Source of the DNA: Candidatus Micrarchaeota archaeon | Lineage (GTDB): Archaea; Micrarchaeota; Micrarchaeia; Anstonellales; Bilamarchaeaceae | Direction: 5' to 3' | Length of the DNA: 64,000 nt | Assembly (NCBI GenBank): GCA_043812915.1 | Contig: JBDRLQ010000003.1 | Location: forward strand, 160,001 to 224,000 | Shown here: positions 40,221 through 48,170 of the stretch, piece by piece | How the letters are laid out: each line of letters begins with the position of its first letter | How positions within the stretch are numbered: the first letter of the stretch is position 1 | Notes under the pieces: model-generated | Told to the model about the DNA's origin: nothing | What the model saw: only the letters and a program-made list of their open reading frames with translations | Database searches by the model: none | Made by a program: the position numbers and the translations under genes

Positions 40221-40243
40221 AGCCCCTCTTTTTCCATTTTTCC

Positions 40244-41320
40244 TTATTTGCTTTGTATGAACCTGGTCAGCGGGAAGGGCATCTTAACCTCGTTCTTTCT
40301 GAAAGCATAGAACAATTCCCTGTTTACTTCCTTCCAGACGCCCCATTGGTTCCTGTACCCCTGGACCATGTAGCCGAACTTGAACATAAGGGCAAAATCG
40401 CCATAGGAATCGAACCTTACCCAGTGGGTGTCTTCTTTCAGGTCGCCATTGCTCTTTCCAACCTTCACAAGCACGTCAGTGATTATCTTCTCCACCCTGT
40501 CGATGTCCTCGTTATAGTCCACTCCTATAGTATAGGATACTCCTGTTTCGTCCCTCGGAGTGGAGTAGTTCTTGAGCGTTGAGCCTGCCAGTTTCGAGTT
40601 TGGGACTACTATTTCGTCCTTGCCAGTGGTAATCAGGCGGGTCGTCCTCCATCCAATTTCCTGCACAGTCCCTTCTGTATTGTCGTCCACTTTGATGTAG
40701 TCGAACTGCCTGAAGGGCTTGTCAATAAGTATATGGAGCCCCCCGAAGAAGTTTGCCAGCGTGTCCTGGAGGGCAAGCGCGACCGCAAGGCCTCCGATTC
40801 CAAGCCCTGTTATGATTGCGGTGGTGTCGAATCCTAGCCTCTGCAGGATGAATACCAGGAAAAGGATGTTTATCGCTATCTTGATGACATTCCTCACAAA
40901 CGGGTATACCTGGCTCTCATCCACCTTCCTCTTCCCTGGCCGCAGCTCAAGGCCGTACCATAAGAGCAACGCGTTCGCCAGAGAGCTGAGCAACAGGCCG
41001 ACTACGCCGAGCATCAGTATTATGTATATGTCCAGCTCGCTGAATTTTCCGAACATTATCGAATCCGGAAAAACCACCCTCAGGGATAGGTATAATGCCG
41101 TGAATACCGCGATTGCGGGCAGATACGGCCTTATTGCCTTCACAATCCTGTCATCGAGCGTGGTCTGCGTCCTGCGTACTAAGTATCCTAGCATGCGCAG
41201 GGTAAGCCCCAGCCCCGCCTGGAAGAGCAGTGAAAGAACAATCAAGGCCAAAGCGAAAATGGTAATGTCTCCACCTGGGAGCGCCTGCACTGTTTCTGCG
41301 TAAGGAATGCTGCTGAGCAT
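40244..41320 (-). CDS. mscS: Small-conductance mechanosensitive channel
   Basis: GLGIGGLAVALALQDTLANFFGG, DKPFR, GTVQEIGWRTT, VPNS, MPFP. Confidence 0.93.
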   Translation of the reverse strand: MLSSIPYAETVQALPGGDITIFALALIVLSLLFQAGLGLTLRMLGYLVRRTQTTLDDRIVKAIRPYLPAIAVFTALYLSLRVVFPDSIMFGKFSELDIYIILMLGVVGLLLSSLANALLLWYGLELRPGKRKVDESQVYPFVRNVIKIAINILFLVFILQRLGFDTTAIITGLGIGGLAVALALQDTLANFFGGLHILIDKPFRQFDYIKVDDNTEGTVQEIGWRTTRLITTGKDEIVVPNSKLAGSTLKNYSTPRDETGVSYTIGVDYNEDIDRVEKIITDVLVKVGKSNGDLKEDTHWVRFDSYGDFALMFKFGYMVQGYRNQWGVWKEVNRELFYAFRKNEVKMPFPLTRFIQSK

Positions 41321-41376
41321 GGGCATAAGAAGAAACTCAAAATTTTTAAACAATGTCTTCCATTTCTTATTGTCAA

Positions 41377-41490
41377 GCGGTCGTAGTCTAGCGGTAGGAT
41401 CTCAGCTTCCCAAGCTGATGACCCGGGTTCGAAAGCCCCGAGAGAGGGAATTGTTTGCCCTTTCCAGGGCCGGTTTCCCCGGCGACCGCA
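41377..41490 (+). tRNA. tRNA-Gly(CCC) with a 43-nt intron in the T loop (59/60; 41434-41476)
   Basis: Acceptor GCGGTCG/CGACCGC+A, anticodon arm TCAGC-TTCCCAA-GCTGA, T arm CCGGG-TTCGAA^C-CCCGG; intron folds into a hairpin with a BHB-like junction; TTTTTAAA upstream. Confidence 0.92.
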
Positions 41491-41527
41491 TAATTTCATG
41501 AAAATCTGGGAAAAGGGGGTGAAAAAC

Positions 41528-41626
41528 ATGGCACGGTGCGGATGCTGCGATTCAAAGCCAAAAATAAAAAAGAAAACAACACCAAAAACGAGCGCAAAGA
41601 AAAAAACTTCAAAAAAGAAAAAATAG
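41528..41626 (+). CDS. 32-aa Cys/Lys-rich basic peptide (not in ORF track)
   Basis: MARCGCCDSKPKIKKKTTPKTSAKKKTSKKKK; GGGGTGA SD; T-rich terminator after the stop. Confidence 0.7.
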   Translation: MARCGCCDSKPKIKKKTTPKTSAKKKTSKKKK

Positions 41627-41747
41627 CGCTCGCTGATTTTTTTTGAATTTTTTTATTGTTTTTGAAGGCCGAGAATACTGCCGGCTTCAGCCGAGCAGTT
41701 GAATCGGCCCAAAATTTTCTTTCTATTCCTTAACTCTTAACCTCAGA

Positions 41748-41825
41748 AATAGCTTTGGCAGCGGGCGCGCCGCCCCAGAGGGGCGGCACACAAACCTTCA
41801 GGAAAGGTCCGCTGCCGGGGCTGTT
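41748..41825 (+). ncRNA. Predicted three-way-junction RNA structure in the tnpA leader
   Basis: 17-bp outer stem (41748-41764 with 41809-41825, including G-U pairs) enclosing GCCGCCCC-aga-GGGGCGGC and ACCTT-cagga-AAGGT hairpins. Confidence 0.6.
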
Positions 41826-41829
41826 GGAA

Positions 41830-42282
41830 ATGTCTAGTGGAACTCAGGATTTAAGAAGGAATTTGTATCACCTGGTTTTTGTATCGAAATGCAGGTACAA
41901 GGTTTTCCGGAATGAACACACAAAGAAAATCTGTACCGATGCATTCAAGGAAATTGAGAAGAATTACGGGATAAAGATTGAAGAGCTTGAATTCCAGCTG
42001 GACCATGTGCACATGATGGTGCACATACCGGCTAAACTGTCTGTTTCCTATGCTGTGCAGTTGCTGAAAGGCACGTCGGCAAGAAGGATATTTGATGCTT
42101 CCCCCGGACTTTGTAAAAGATATCCCAGGGGAAGTTTCTGGAGTAGGTTCAAATATTATGGGACGGTGGGCCCAATGACTATAGATGCAGTCAGAAAATA
42201 CATCGGTGCTCAGGATGTGCATCATGAGGCGCTGATAAACCCAGAAGCAGGTCAGATGCAGCTGGCACCGTTCTTTTCCTGA
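41830..42282 (+). CDS. tnpA: IS200/IS605 Y1 (HUH) transposase TnpA
   Basis: YHLVFVSKCR, DHVH, LKGTSAR, FWS, VRKYIGAQ. Confidence 0.95.
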   Translation: MSSGTQDLRRNLYHLVFVSKCRYKVFRNEHTKKICTDAFKEIEKNYGIKIEELEFQLDHVHMMVHIPAKLSVSYAVQLLKGTSARRIFDASPGLCKRYPRGSFWSRFKYYGTVGPMTIDAVRKYIGAQDVHHEALINPEAGQMQLAPFFS

Positions 42283-42431
42283 GGGCGCGAGCGGCAAATA
42301 CCGCGGGCTTTAGCCCGCGGATAGCGAGCGCCAGGGGGCCATCTCACACGTAGTGTTTTATTTTTGTTTTTTCTGAATTTTCTGCGTTTTAGCCCAAAAA
42401 ATTCATTTTTTCGATTTTTTTTCAGAAATGC

Positions 42432-42497
42432 TTTTAATATTTATCCTTGTAGCTAGAGCGTGGGAAAAAATTTTTCCCACTTGGAAAAAGTTTCCAA
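42432..42497 (+). promoter_or_regulatory. TATA-like box followed by two related palindromes upstream of the histone H1-like peptide gene
   Basis: TTTTAATA 42432-42439; GTGGGAAAAA-a-TTTTTCCCAC 42460-42480; TTGGAAA-aag-TTTCCAA 42481-42497. Confidence 0.6.
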
Positions 42498-42530
42498 TAA
42501 AAAAAACCAAAACAAATTGGGGTGAAATAT

Positions 42531-42650
42531 ATGGCAGCAAAGAAAGCAACTAAGAAGACCACAAAGAAGAAGACCGTGAAGAAGACGGCAAAGAAGTCGG
42601 CCGCAAAGAAAAAAACCACGAAGAAGAAAGCAGCCAAGAAAAAAAAATAA
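42531..42650 (+). CDS. 39-aa histone H1-tail-like Lys/Ala/Thr peptide (not in ORF track)
   Basis: MAAKKATKKTTKKKTVKKTAKKSAAKKKTTKKKAAKKKK; GGGGTGA SD, mixed AAG/AAA codons, T-rich terminator. Confidence 0.82.
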   Translation: MAAKKATKKTTKKKTVKKTAKKSAAKKKTTKKKAAKKKK

Positions 42651-42729
42651 TTAGCTTATTTTGCTCTTGATTGCTTTTTTCACTTTTTTTCTCCTCTTTT
42701 TCTCCTTTTTCCGTTTCTGAATCCTCCTT

Positions 42730-43971
42730 TCACGCCAAATCCTTGTAAATCGGGAATTTTCCGCAGAGTTCTTTCACTTCCTGCATCGTTTTGAGCTTCA
42801 GCTCGCTGTCATTCGGGTTTTCGATAACTTTCACGAGCATGGCGGCAATCCGCTTCATCTCATCCTCTTTCATGCCCCGCGTCGTCAGCGCAGCGGTCCC
42901 GATTCTCACCCCGCTTGTTATGAATGGGCTTTTCGGGTCGAATGGGATCGTATTCCTGTTCACTATGATGCCCGATTCCTCGAGCGCAATCTGTGCGTCC
43001 TTCCCGGTGATTCCTTTGGGGGTAAGATCGACAAGTATCAGGTGGGTCTCCGTTTTTCCAGTGACAATCCGCAGTCCCAGCGAAACCAGCTCTTCAGCGA
43101 GCACTTTGGCGTTTTTCACTATCTGTAAAGCGTAATCCTTGAATTCGGGCTGCATGGCCTCGTGGAAACAGACTGCCTTTGCCGCAATCGCGTGCTCCAG
43201 CGGCCCGCCCTGCATTCCCGGGAAGACTGCCTTGTCAATCGTCTTGGCGTTCTCCTCAGGCCCGAGAATCATCGCGCTTCGCGGCCCTCTTAGCGTCTTG
43301 TGCGTTGTGGATGTGATGATGTCTGCATATGGGGCCGGGGATGGATACGCCCCTCCTGCGACCAGGCCGGCGAAATGGCTGATGTCCGCCATCATGACGG
43401 CGCCTACTTCATCGCAGATGCTCCGAAACTGCTTGAAGTCTATAATTAGCGGATAAGCGGTATACCCGCAGATGATTAGTTTTGGCTTCTCCTCAATTGC
43501 CCTTTTCCTGATGGCATCATAATCCAGCGCCTCTGTTTCCTTATCAACACCATATGAGCATGCGTTGAACCATTTTCCTGAGAAATTGACCTGGGAACCA
43601 TGGGTAAGGTGCCCGCCATGCGCCAATTCAAGCCCCATGAACTTGTCCCCCGGATTCAGGAATGCGAAGAATGCGGCGACATTCGCGCTGGAGCCCGAGT
43701 GCGGCTGCATGTTCGCGTGCCCGACCTTGAAGAGCTCCTTTGCCCGGTCCTTTGCCAGGTTTTCAATCTCATCCACGTATTTGTTGCCGGCATAATATCT
43801 TTTGCCTGGATAGCCCTCGGCATACTTATTAGTTAATATGGAGCCTGTCGCCTCCATAACTGCCTGGCTGCTGTAGTTTTCAGATGCGATGAGCCTGAGA
43901 GTGCTTTTCTGGTATTCCAACTCCTTTTGTATGAGTTCATAAACTACACTATCTGTTTCTTTCAATGACAT
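42730..43971 (-). CDS. glyA: Serine hydroxymethyltransferase (bacterial/THF-type motifs)
   Basis: [50 protein letters not shown]. Confidence 0.97.
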   Translation of the reverse strand: MSLKETDSVVYELIQKELEYQKSTLRLIASENYSSQAVMEATGSILTNKYAEGYPGKRYYAGNKYVDEIENLAKDRAKELFKVGHANMQPHSGSSANVAAFFAFLNPGDKFMGLELAHGGHLTHGSQVNFSGKWFNACSYGVDKETEALDYDAIRKRAIEEKPKLIICGYTAYPLIIDFKQFRSICDEVGAVMMADISHFAGLVAGGAYPSPAPYADIITSTTHKTLRGPRSAMILGPEENAKTIDKAVFPGMQGGPLEHAIAAKAVCFHEAMQPEFKDYALQIVKNAKVLAEELVSLGLRIVTGKTETHLILVDLTPKGITGKDAQIALEESGIIVNRNTIPFDPKSPFITSGVRIGTAALTTRGMKEDEMKRIAAMLVKVIENPNDSELKLKTMQEVKELCGKFPIYKDLA

Positions 43972-44045
43972 AAAACGACCTCTAATGAAGGCTTAGCAGA
44001 TAATTATTAAAAACCAATATGGACAAAGGCTTAGATACTCTTTAT

Positions 44046-44176
44046 GCCGAGATCGCATAATCCGGTAGTGCGCACATTTTGCTTGAGTGGATTAAGCAAA
44101 AGCGTAAGCCTGGAACCGGCTTTATGCCAGCGAGCGTGTCCCTTTGGGATTGAGAGTTCAAATCTCTCTCTCGGCG
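44046..44176 (+). tRNA. tRNA-Ser(GGA) with two introns (29/30: 44076-44107; 37/38: 44116-44132)
   Basis: Acceptor GCCGAGA/TCTCGGC+G, spliced anticodon arm CAC^GC-CTGGAA^A-GCGTG, long variable arm TCCC-tttg-GGA, T arm GAGAG-TTCAAAT-CTCTC. Confidence 0.9.
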
Positions 44177-44216
44177 TTCCTTCTTCTCAACTTTTATAAA
44201 TTTATAATATATCTTT

Positions 44217-44713
44217 ATGGTTTCAAGGAGGCTAAGCGCTGAAAAAATCGCCAGCCAGTGCCAGGTTTCAAGGACATGGGCAGCGCTCAAGAGCTCCACT
44301 GGCAGGGCTGTCCGCAGGCACGGATATGCATCTTCCTTCGTGGCATATAGCTTTCCGACTATCTCGGCGTTTTACTTTCAGAAGCTTGTTGGTGAAGACT
44401 CCTCGGGAGGGCTTATCTTGATGGCGATTTTTCCGATGTCAGGACAAAAGTCAACAGGCTTCTTGGTGAGGGCGCTTTCGAGGAGCAGCTGAGAGGGGGT
44501 GAGGGGGCGACCCTGGATAATATCTTCTGTGATGAGGCACTGTGCCTTCTGGCCAACCGCATGGATGCTGCTGGAATCGAATATCTGGAATGGGCAGACA
44601 GGAGTGGGCTGGTCAGGGCCATAAAAAACCAGTCAATCTATCCGTTTGGTTCATCCTACCATGAAATGGCCTCCAAAAATTCTCCGGCCCTCCGCGACTG
44701 CGTACCCTTTTGA
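44217..44713 (+). pseudogene. Frameshifted orphan gene (about 165 aa if joined), or assembly error
   Basis: Frame from ATG 44217 overlaps a second open frame 44396-44713 that has no start near its beginning; one added A at about 44395 joins them. Confidence 0.5.
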
Positions 44714-44788
44714 TTCCTCTCTGCGCTTCCTTCGGAATCACCGAAAATAATATAAATGCACTAATTGTAGTAGAAGCAAGGTGATACG

Positions 44789-45418
44789 TTGAAATTAATC
44801 AATCTCGCGCTTGGTCTGTCATTGTTCTTATTGTTTTTCGGCTGCCTCAATCCGGAGGTGGTCACGCCACCGCCAGGAGTTCCGGTATCTCAACCGCCGC
44901 TCCTTCCTGGGTGCAAGATAGTCACTATCACCGAACCGTATGAGGAAACTGTCTGCTATAATATCACATATACTGATGAGGTATGTGAGCGGAAGGTGCT
45001 GGAATATTCCGTTTCGCAGATTTCTACTGTTGACCTATGCACTTCCGACGGAGGTTGTGTCGGCAAGGACATATCGACCTGCCTGAACATCTGCCAGAGC
45101 GCAATGAAGAGGTGCAGGATGAACCTTACGAACCTGGATGATACGAGCGCGGGCGTGTGGGTGGTGGGGGCGAACTTCACTACCGGCAAAGTCGGCTTCG
45201 ACAAGGAGCCAACCAGCGCATACATAAAGGCGGGGGACACATTCACATTCGACTATTCCCAGCTATACAGCCTCGGCCTTTACGGCAACTCGATGGCGTG
45301 TTCCCTGTTTGTTGTCGGAGCTCCGGTTGTGGATGTTTGCCATATGGAGAGCAGGGACGATACCCAGTGCGATGAAATCACCAGGTACAAGACCGTCGAG
45401 AGGGAAGTGTGCGAATAA
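44789..45418 (+). CDS. Cys-rich lipoprotein
   Basis: GGTGA SD, TTG start, signal ending LLFFGC, many Cys. Confidence 0.8.
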   Translation: MKLINLALGLSLFLLFFGCLNPEVVTPPPGVPVSQPPLLPGCKIVTITEPYEETVCYNITYTDEVCERKVLEYSVSQISTVDLCTSDGGCVGKDISTCLNICQSAMKRCRMNLTNLDDTSAGVWVVGANFTTGKVGFDKEPTSAYIKAGDTFTFDYSQLYSLGLYGNSMACSLFVVGAPVVDVCHMESRDDTQCDEITRYKTVEREVCE

Positions 45419-45457
45419 TCTCTCCTTTTTTATTTCTTCTTCTATATTTTTTCCTCT

Positions 45458-46615
45458 ATGCCTGATTCAGAAAGAGTAATCAATATCCATTACGGGGAAA
45501 TCGCGTTAAAGGGCAAAAACAGGGCCGCCTTCGAGCGCAGGCTGATGGACAACATCTCAGTTTCGCTTTCTGGAATCAAGTGCGGGAAAGTCCGCAAGAT
45601 TGAATCAAGGCTTGTCCTTCCACTTGGCAAGGCCCATGAGGGGGAAGTGCTCGTTGCGCTCTCCAGGGTTTTCGGGATAGAATGGTTCGCCCCCGCGCTT
45701 CTGGTCCCCAACAAAATCGCATCAATGCAAAACGCCATCTTCAGCCTTGCCGCTCCGTTCAAGGAAAAGACCATGAAGCTGGAGACTAGCAGGTCCGACA
45801 AGTCATACCCCTTGAAATCTCCAGACATAAGCAGGAAACTGGGCATGGCCATGGAGGAGGGCGGGTTCTCCATAGATATCCGCAATCCTGATGAGATAAT
45901 CACAATTGAGGTGCTCAAGGGCCAGGCTCTCGTGTCCGCGGGCAGGCGGCGCGGCCCGGGGGGATTGCCCGTTGGGAGCAGCGGGAAATTGCTTTCACTG
46001 CTATCCGGAGGAATTGATTCCCCGGTCGCCTCATATCTTATGATGAAGAGGGGCTGCAGCGTGGATTTCCTGCATTTCCATTCGTTCGCCAAGAACGCCG
46101 AGGCCGAAAAATCCAAGATGGGGAGGCTGGCAAAGCAGCTGCGCCTCTATTCGGACGGGCCGATGCGCATGTTCATTGCCCCATATTCGGAATTCTACAA
46201 GAAATCCTTCGATTTGCCCCCTAGGATTGAGCTTGTCCTTTTCAGGAGGTTCATCCTGCGCCTTGGAAGCCGGCTTGCTGAAGAGCATGGCCACCTCGGC
46301 CTGGTAACTGGGGATAGCGTAGGGCAAGTGGCTTCTCAGACCCTGGAAAACCTCAGGGCAACGACCGAGGCGGCCACATGCCCGGTCTACAGGCCCCTAG
46401 TCTCCTTTGACAAGCAGGAGATTATCAACCTTGCAAAGAGACTTGGGACCTACGAAATATCGATAGAGGAATACAAGGACTGCTGCTCGCTGGTGGCCCA
46501 GAAGCACCCGAATACGAAGGTGCGGCTTGAAGCTGCGAAGAAAGCCGAGGAAGAAATTAAAATCGATGAAGTTATCGAAAAGACGCTTAAGGATATAAAG
46601 ATAATCGAAATCTGA
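45458..46615 (+). CDS. thiI: tRNA 4-thiouridine(8) synthase ThiI (no rhodanese domain)
   Basis: YGEIALKGKNR, GGLPVG, LLSGGIDSPVA, TGDSVGQVASQT, YKDCC. Confidence 0.94.
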   Translation: MPDSERVINIHYGEIALKGKNRAAFERRLMDNISVSLSGIKCGKVRKIESRLVLPLGKAHEGEVLVALSRVFGIEWFAPALLVPNKIASMQNAIFSLAAPFKEKTMKLETSRSDKSYPLKSPDISRKLGMAMEEGGFSIDIRNPDEIITIEVLKGQALVSAGRRRGPGGLPVGSSGKLLSLLSGGIDSPVASYLMMKRGCSVDFLHFHSFAKNAEAEKSKMGRLAKQLRLYSDGPMRMFIAPYSEFYKKSFDLPPRIELVLFRRFILRLGSRLAEEHGHLGLVTGDSVGQVASQTLENLRATTEAATCPVYRPLVSFDKQEIINLAKRLGTYEISIEEYKDCCSLVAQKHPNTKVRLEAAKKAEEEIKIDEVIEKTLKDIKIIEI

Positions 46616-46616
46616 A

Positions 46617-47477
46617 CTAATCCGGCTTATGGACCCGCTCAAGCTTCACCGCGAGCCCATGGTTCCTTTCTTCAAGTTCAGAAGCAGAAATCTGGGCAAT
46701 GCCCACCCCTATGAATTGCTTGCCGGAATACAGGGCAACGCGCTCCCCTCCCTTCACTTCATTTTCGAATTTCTCGAGAGCTGGCACCATCACCTGCGCG
46801 CCTGTGAAAACCGATTGCACCGCGCTTTCCTTGATGAAAGCCTTTGGCAGGTCAATGAACTCTTCCGGCGCGTGTATCATCTTCTCAAGCGAAGAAGAAT
46901 CATTCTCCTCCTTCCAAGCGTGCACGGCATCAATAAGCTCCTGCATGGTGAATGCCTGCTTTTCGGAAATGCCCCCGACAGCGGTCCTGCGCAACTCCTC
47001 CATCCGCGCGCCGCCGCATTTCTTACCGATGTCAACGCAAAGGGTCCTGATATATGTGCCCGCATCGACTTTCGTCTCAAAGAGCCCAAAACGCCCGTTT
47101 GACTCAAGCAGGTTAAGGTGATGGATGACACGTTTCCGGTGCCTCCTGCGAACCGCGCTCATTTTCGGGGGCATCTGCACTATCTCTCCAGTAAACTGCG
47201 CAAAAAGCTCCTCAATCCTCTTTCCGGGCTGCGGCTCCCTGAATTTTATGATGCCGACATAGGTCTTATTGGTGCCTGCGATGTACCTCAGGAGCTTGGT
47301 GGCACGGCCAAGAGCGACCGGCAGGACCCCGGATACCTTTGGGTCAAGGGTCCCGGCATGCCCGCTCCTGCTGACGCCGACTATCTTCTTCACAAAAGTA
47401 GTTATCTCATGGCTGGACTGTCCGCACGGCTTGTCTATCACTATCACGCCGTTGCCGATGAGCTTTTCAAGTTCCAT
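46617..47477 (-). CDS. cbf5: H/ACA pseudouridine synthase Cbf5 (TruB family plus PUA), short N-terminus
   Basis: IDKPCG, GHAGTLDP, AGTYIRTLC, ELRRT, PUA domain. Confidence 0.93.
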   Translation of the reverse strand: MELEKLIGNGVIVIDKPCGQSSHEITTFVKKIVGVSRSGHAGTLDPKVSGVLPVALGRATKLLRYIAGTNKTYVGIIKFREPQPGKRIEELFAQFTGEIVQMPPKMSAVRRRHRKRVIHHLNLLESNGRFGLFETKVDAGTYIRTLCVDIGKKCGGARMEELRRTAVGGISEKQAFTMQELIDAVHAWKEENDSSSLEKMIHAPEEFIDLPKAFIKESAVQSVFTGAQVMVPALEKFENEVKGGERVALYSGKQFIGVGIAQISASELEERNHGLAVKLERVHKPD

Positions 47478-47489
47478 GAAAGGCTAACC

Positions 47490-47648
47490 TTATGCAGGGT
47501 CAAGCTGGGTGACCGCTACTTTCCTCTCCTTGCCCTTCTTGGTTTTGATGGTGGCGAATTTCCCATCCAATGCCAATATTTCCACTTCCTCGCCTGCCCT
47601 GCGGCCCTTCCTCAATATGCCATTGCTTCCCGCGTCTATTGCTGCCAT
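47490..47648 (-). CDS. rpl14e: 50S ribosomal protein L14e, minimal 52-aa form (not in ORF track)
   Basis: MAAIDAGSNGILRKGRRAGEEVEILALDGKFATIKTKKGKERKVAVTQLDPA; KOW-like; GGTGA SD; canonical cmk-rpl14e-cbf5 order. Confidence 0.8.
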   Translation of the reverse strand: MAAIDAGSNGILRKGRRAGEEVEILALDGKFATIKTKKGKERKVAVTQLDPA

Positions 47649-47654
47649 ATAAAT

Positions 47655-48170
47655 TCACCCTCTCTTCTGCTCGATAATCGCAAGTGCGATGCCCAGCAGC
47701 TGTTCCGGCCGGTATATGCCGCTGTTGAGGCACGCATCAAAGATATCATCATTGTCAATATCAATTCCATATAGTTTCTTATAGCGCTTCCGGTTGCGCT
47801 CGTCCCTCTCAAGAAGATGCTCAAGGGCCTCTTCATCCCCCATGGAATCGCGCTTGGAAATCCTCTCTGCCCTGGTATTGTCGGGCGCGAACACCCTTAT
47901 GCGGACATCTGCCTCGACCATCCATGGGCCGAGCCAGGTCGTCACCACACAATCGCCATTCGCGGCCTCTTCTTTCAGGAGCGCATCGAACTTCTTGTCG
48001 ATGTCCGGGTCCTTCTCTGCCTTCTTGTGGTATTCCATCAGGGGGACGCCCTCTCTCCTGGCCAGGTCCTTGAAGGTCGGGCACACAAGCCGGTATCCAA
48101 GCTCCTTTGCCAGAAGCTCCCCGAGCGTATTCTTCCCGCTTCCGGTAAATCCTGATACCGCGATTATCAT
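47655..48170 (-). CDS. cmk: Cytidylate kinase (archaeal type)
   Basis: IAVSGFTGSGKNT, RAERISKRD, RYKKLYGIDI; gene order. Confidence 0.9.
   Translation of the reverse strand: MIIAVSGFTGSGKNTLGELLAKELGYRLVCPTFKDLARREGVPLMEYHKKAEKDPDIDKKFDALLKEEAANGDCVVTTWLGPWMVEADVRIRVFAPDNTRAERISKRDSMGDEEALEHLLERDERNRKRYKKLYGIDIDNDDIFDACLNSGIYRPEQLLGIALAIIEQKRG

Larger units (their letters stand above)
41667..42347 (+). mobile_element. IS200/IS605-family element, tnpA only (ends approximate)
   Basis: Subterminal hairpins CTGCCGGC-ttca-GCCGaGCAG (41678-41698) and CCGCGGGC-ttta-GCCCGCGG (42301-42320) flank a Y1 transposase; no terminal inverted repeats or target duplication seen; no tnpB. Confidence 0.85.

Noticed and set aside
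41755..41829. N-terminal extension of TnpA from TTG 41755
   Set aside because: Coincides with the GC-rich RNA structure; Y1 transposase similarity starts after ATG 41830
42283..42530. tnpB, iscB or an omega-RNA associated with the IS
   Set aside because: No ORF or RuvC motifs between tnpA and the right-end hairpin or beyond it
44393..44395. Selenocysteine or stop read-through at TGA explaining the split ORF
   Set aside because: The same frame has TAG at 44348 and no ATG in between; a frameshift fits better
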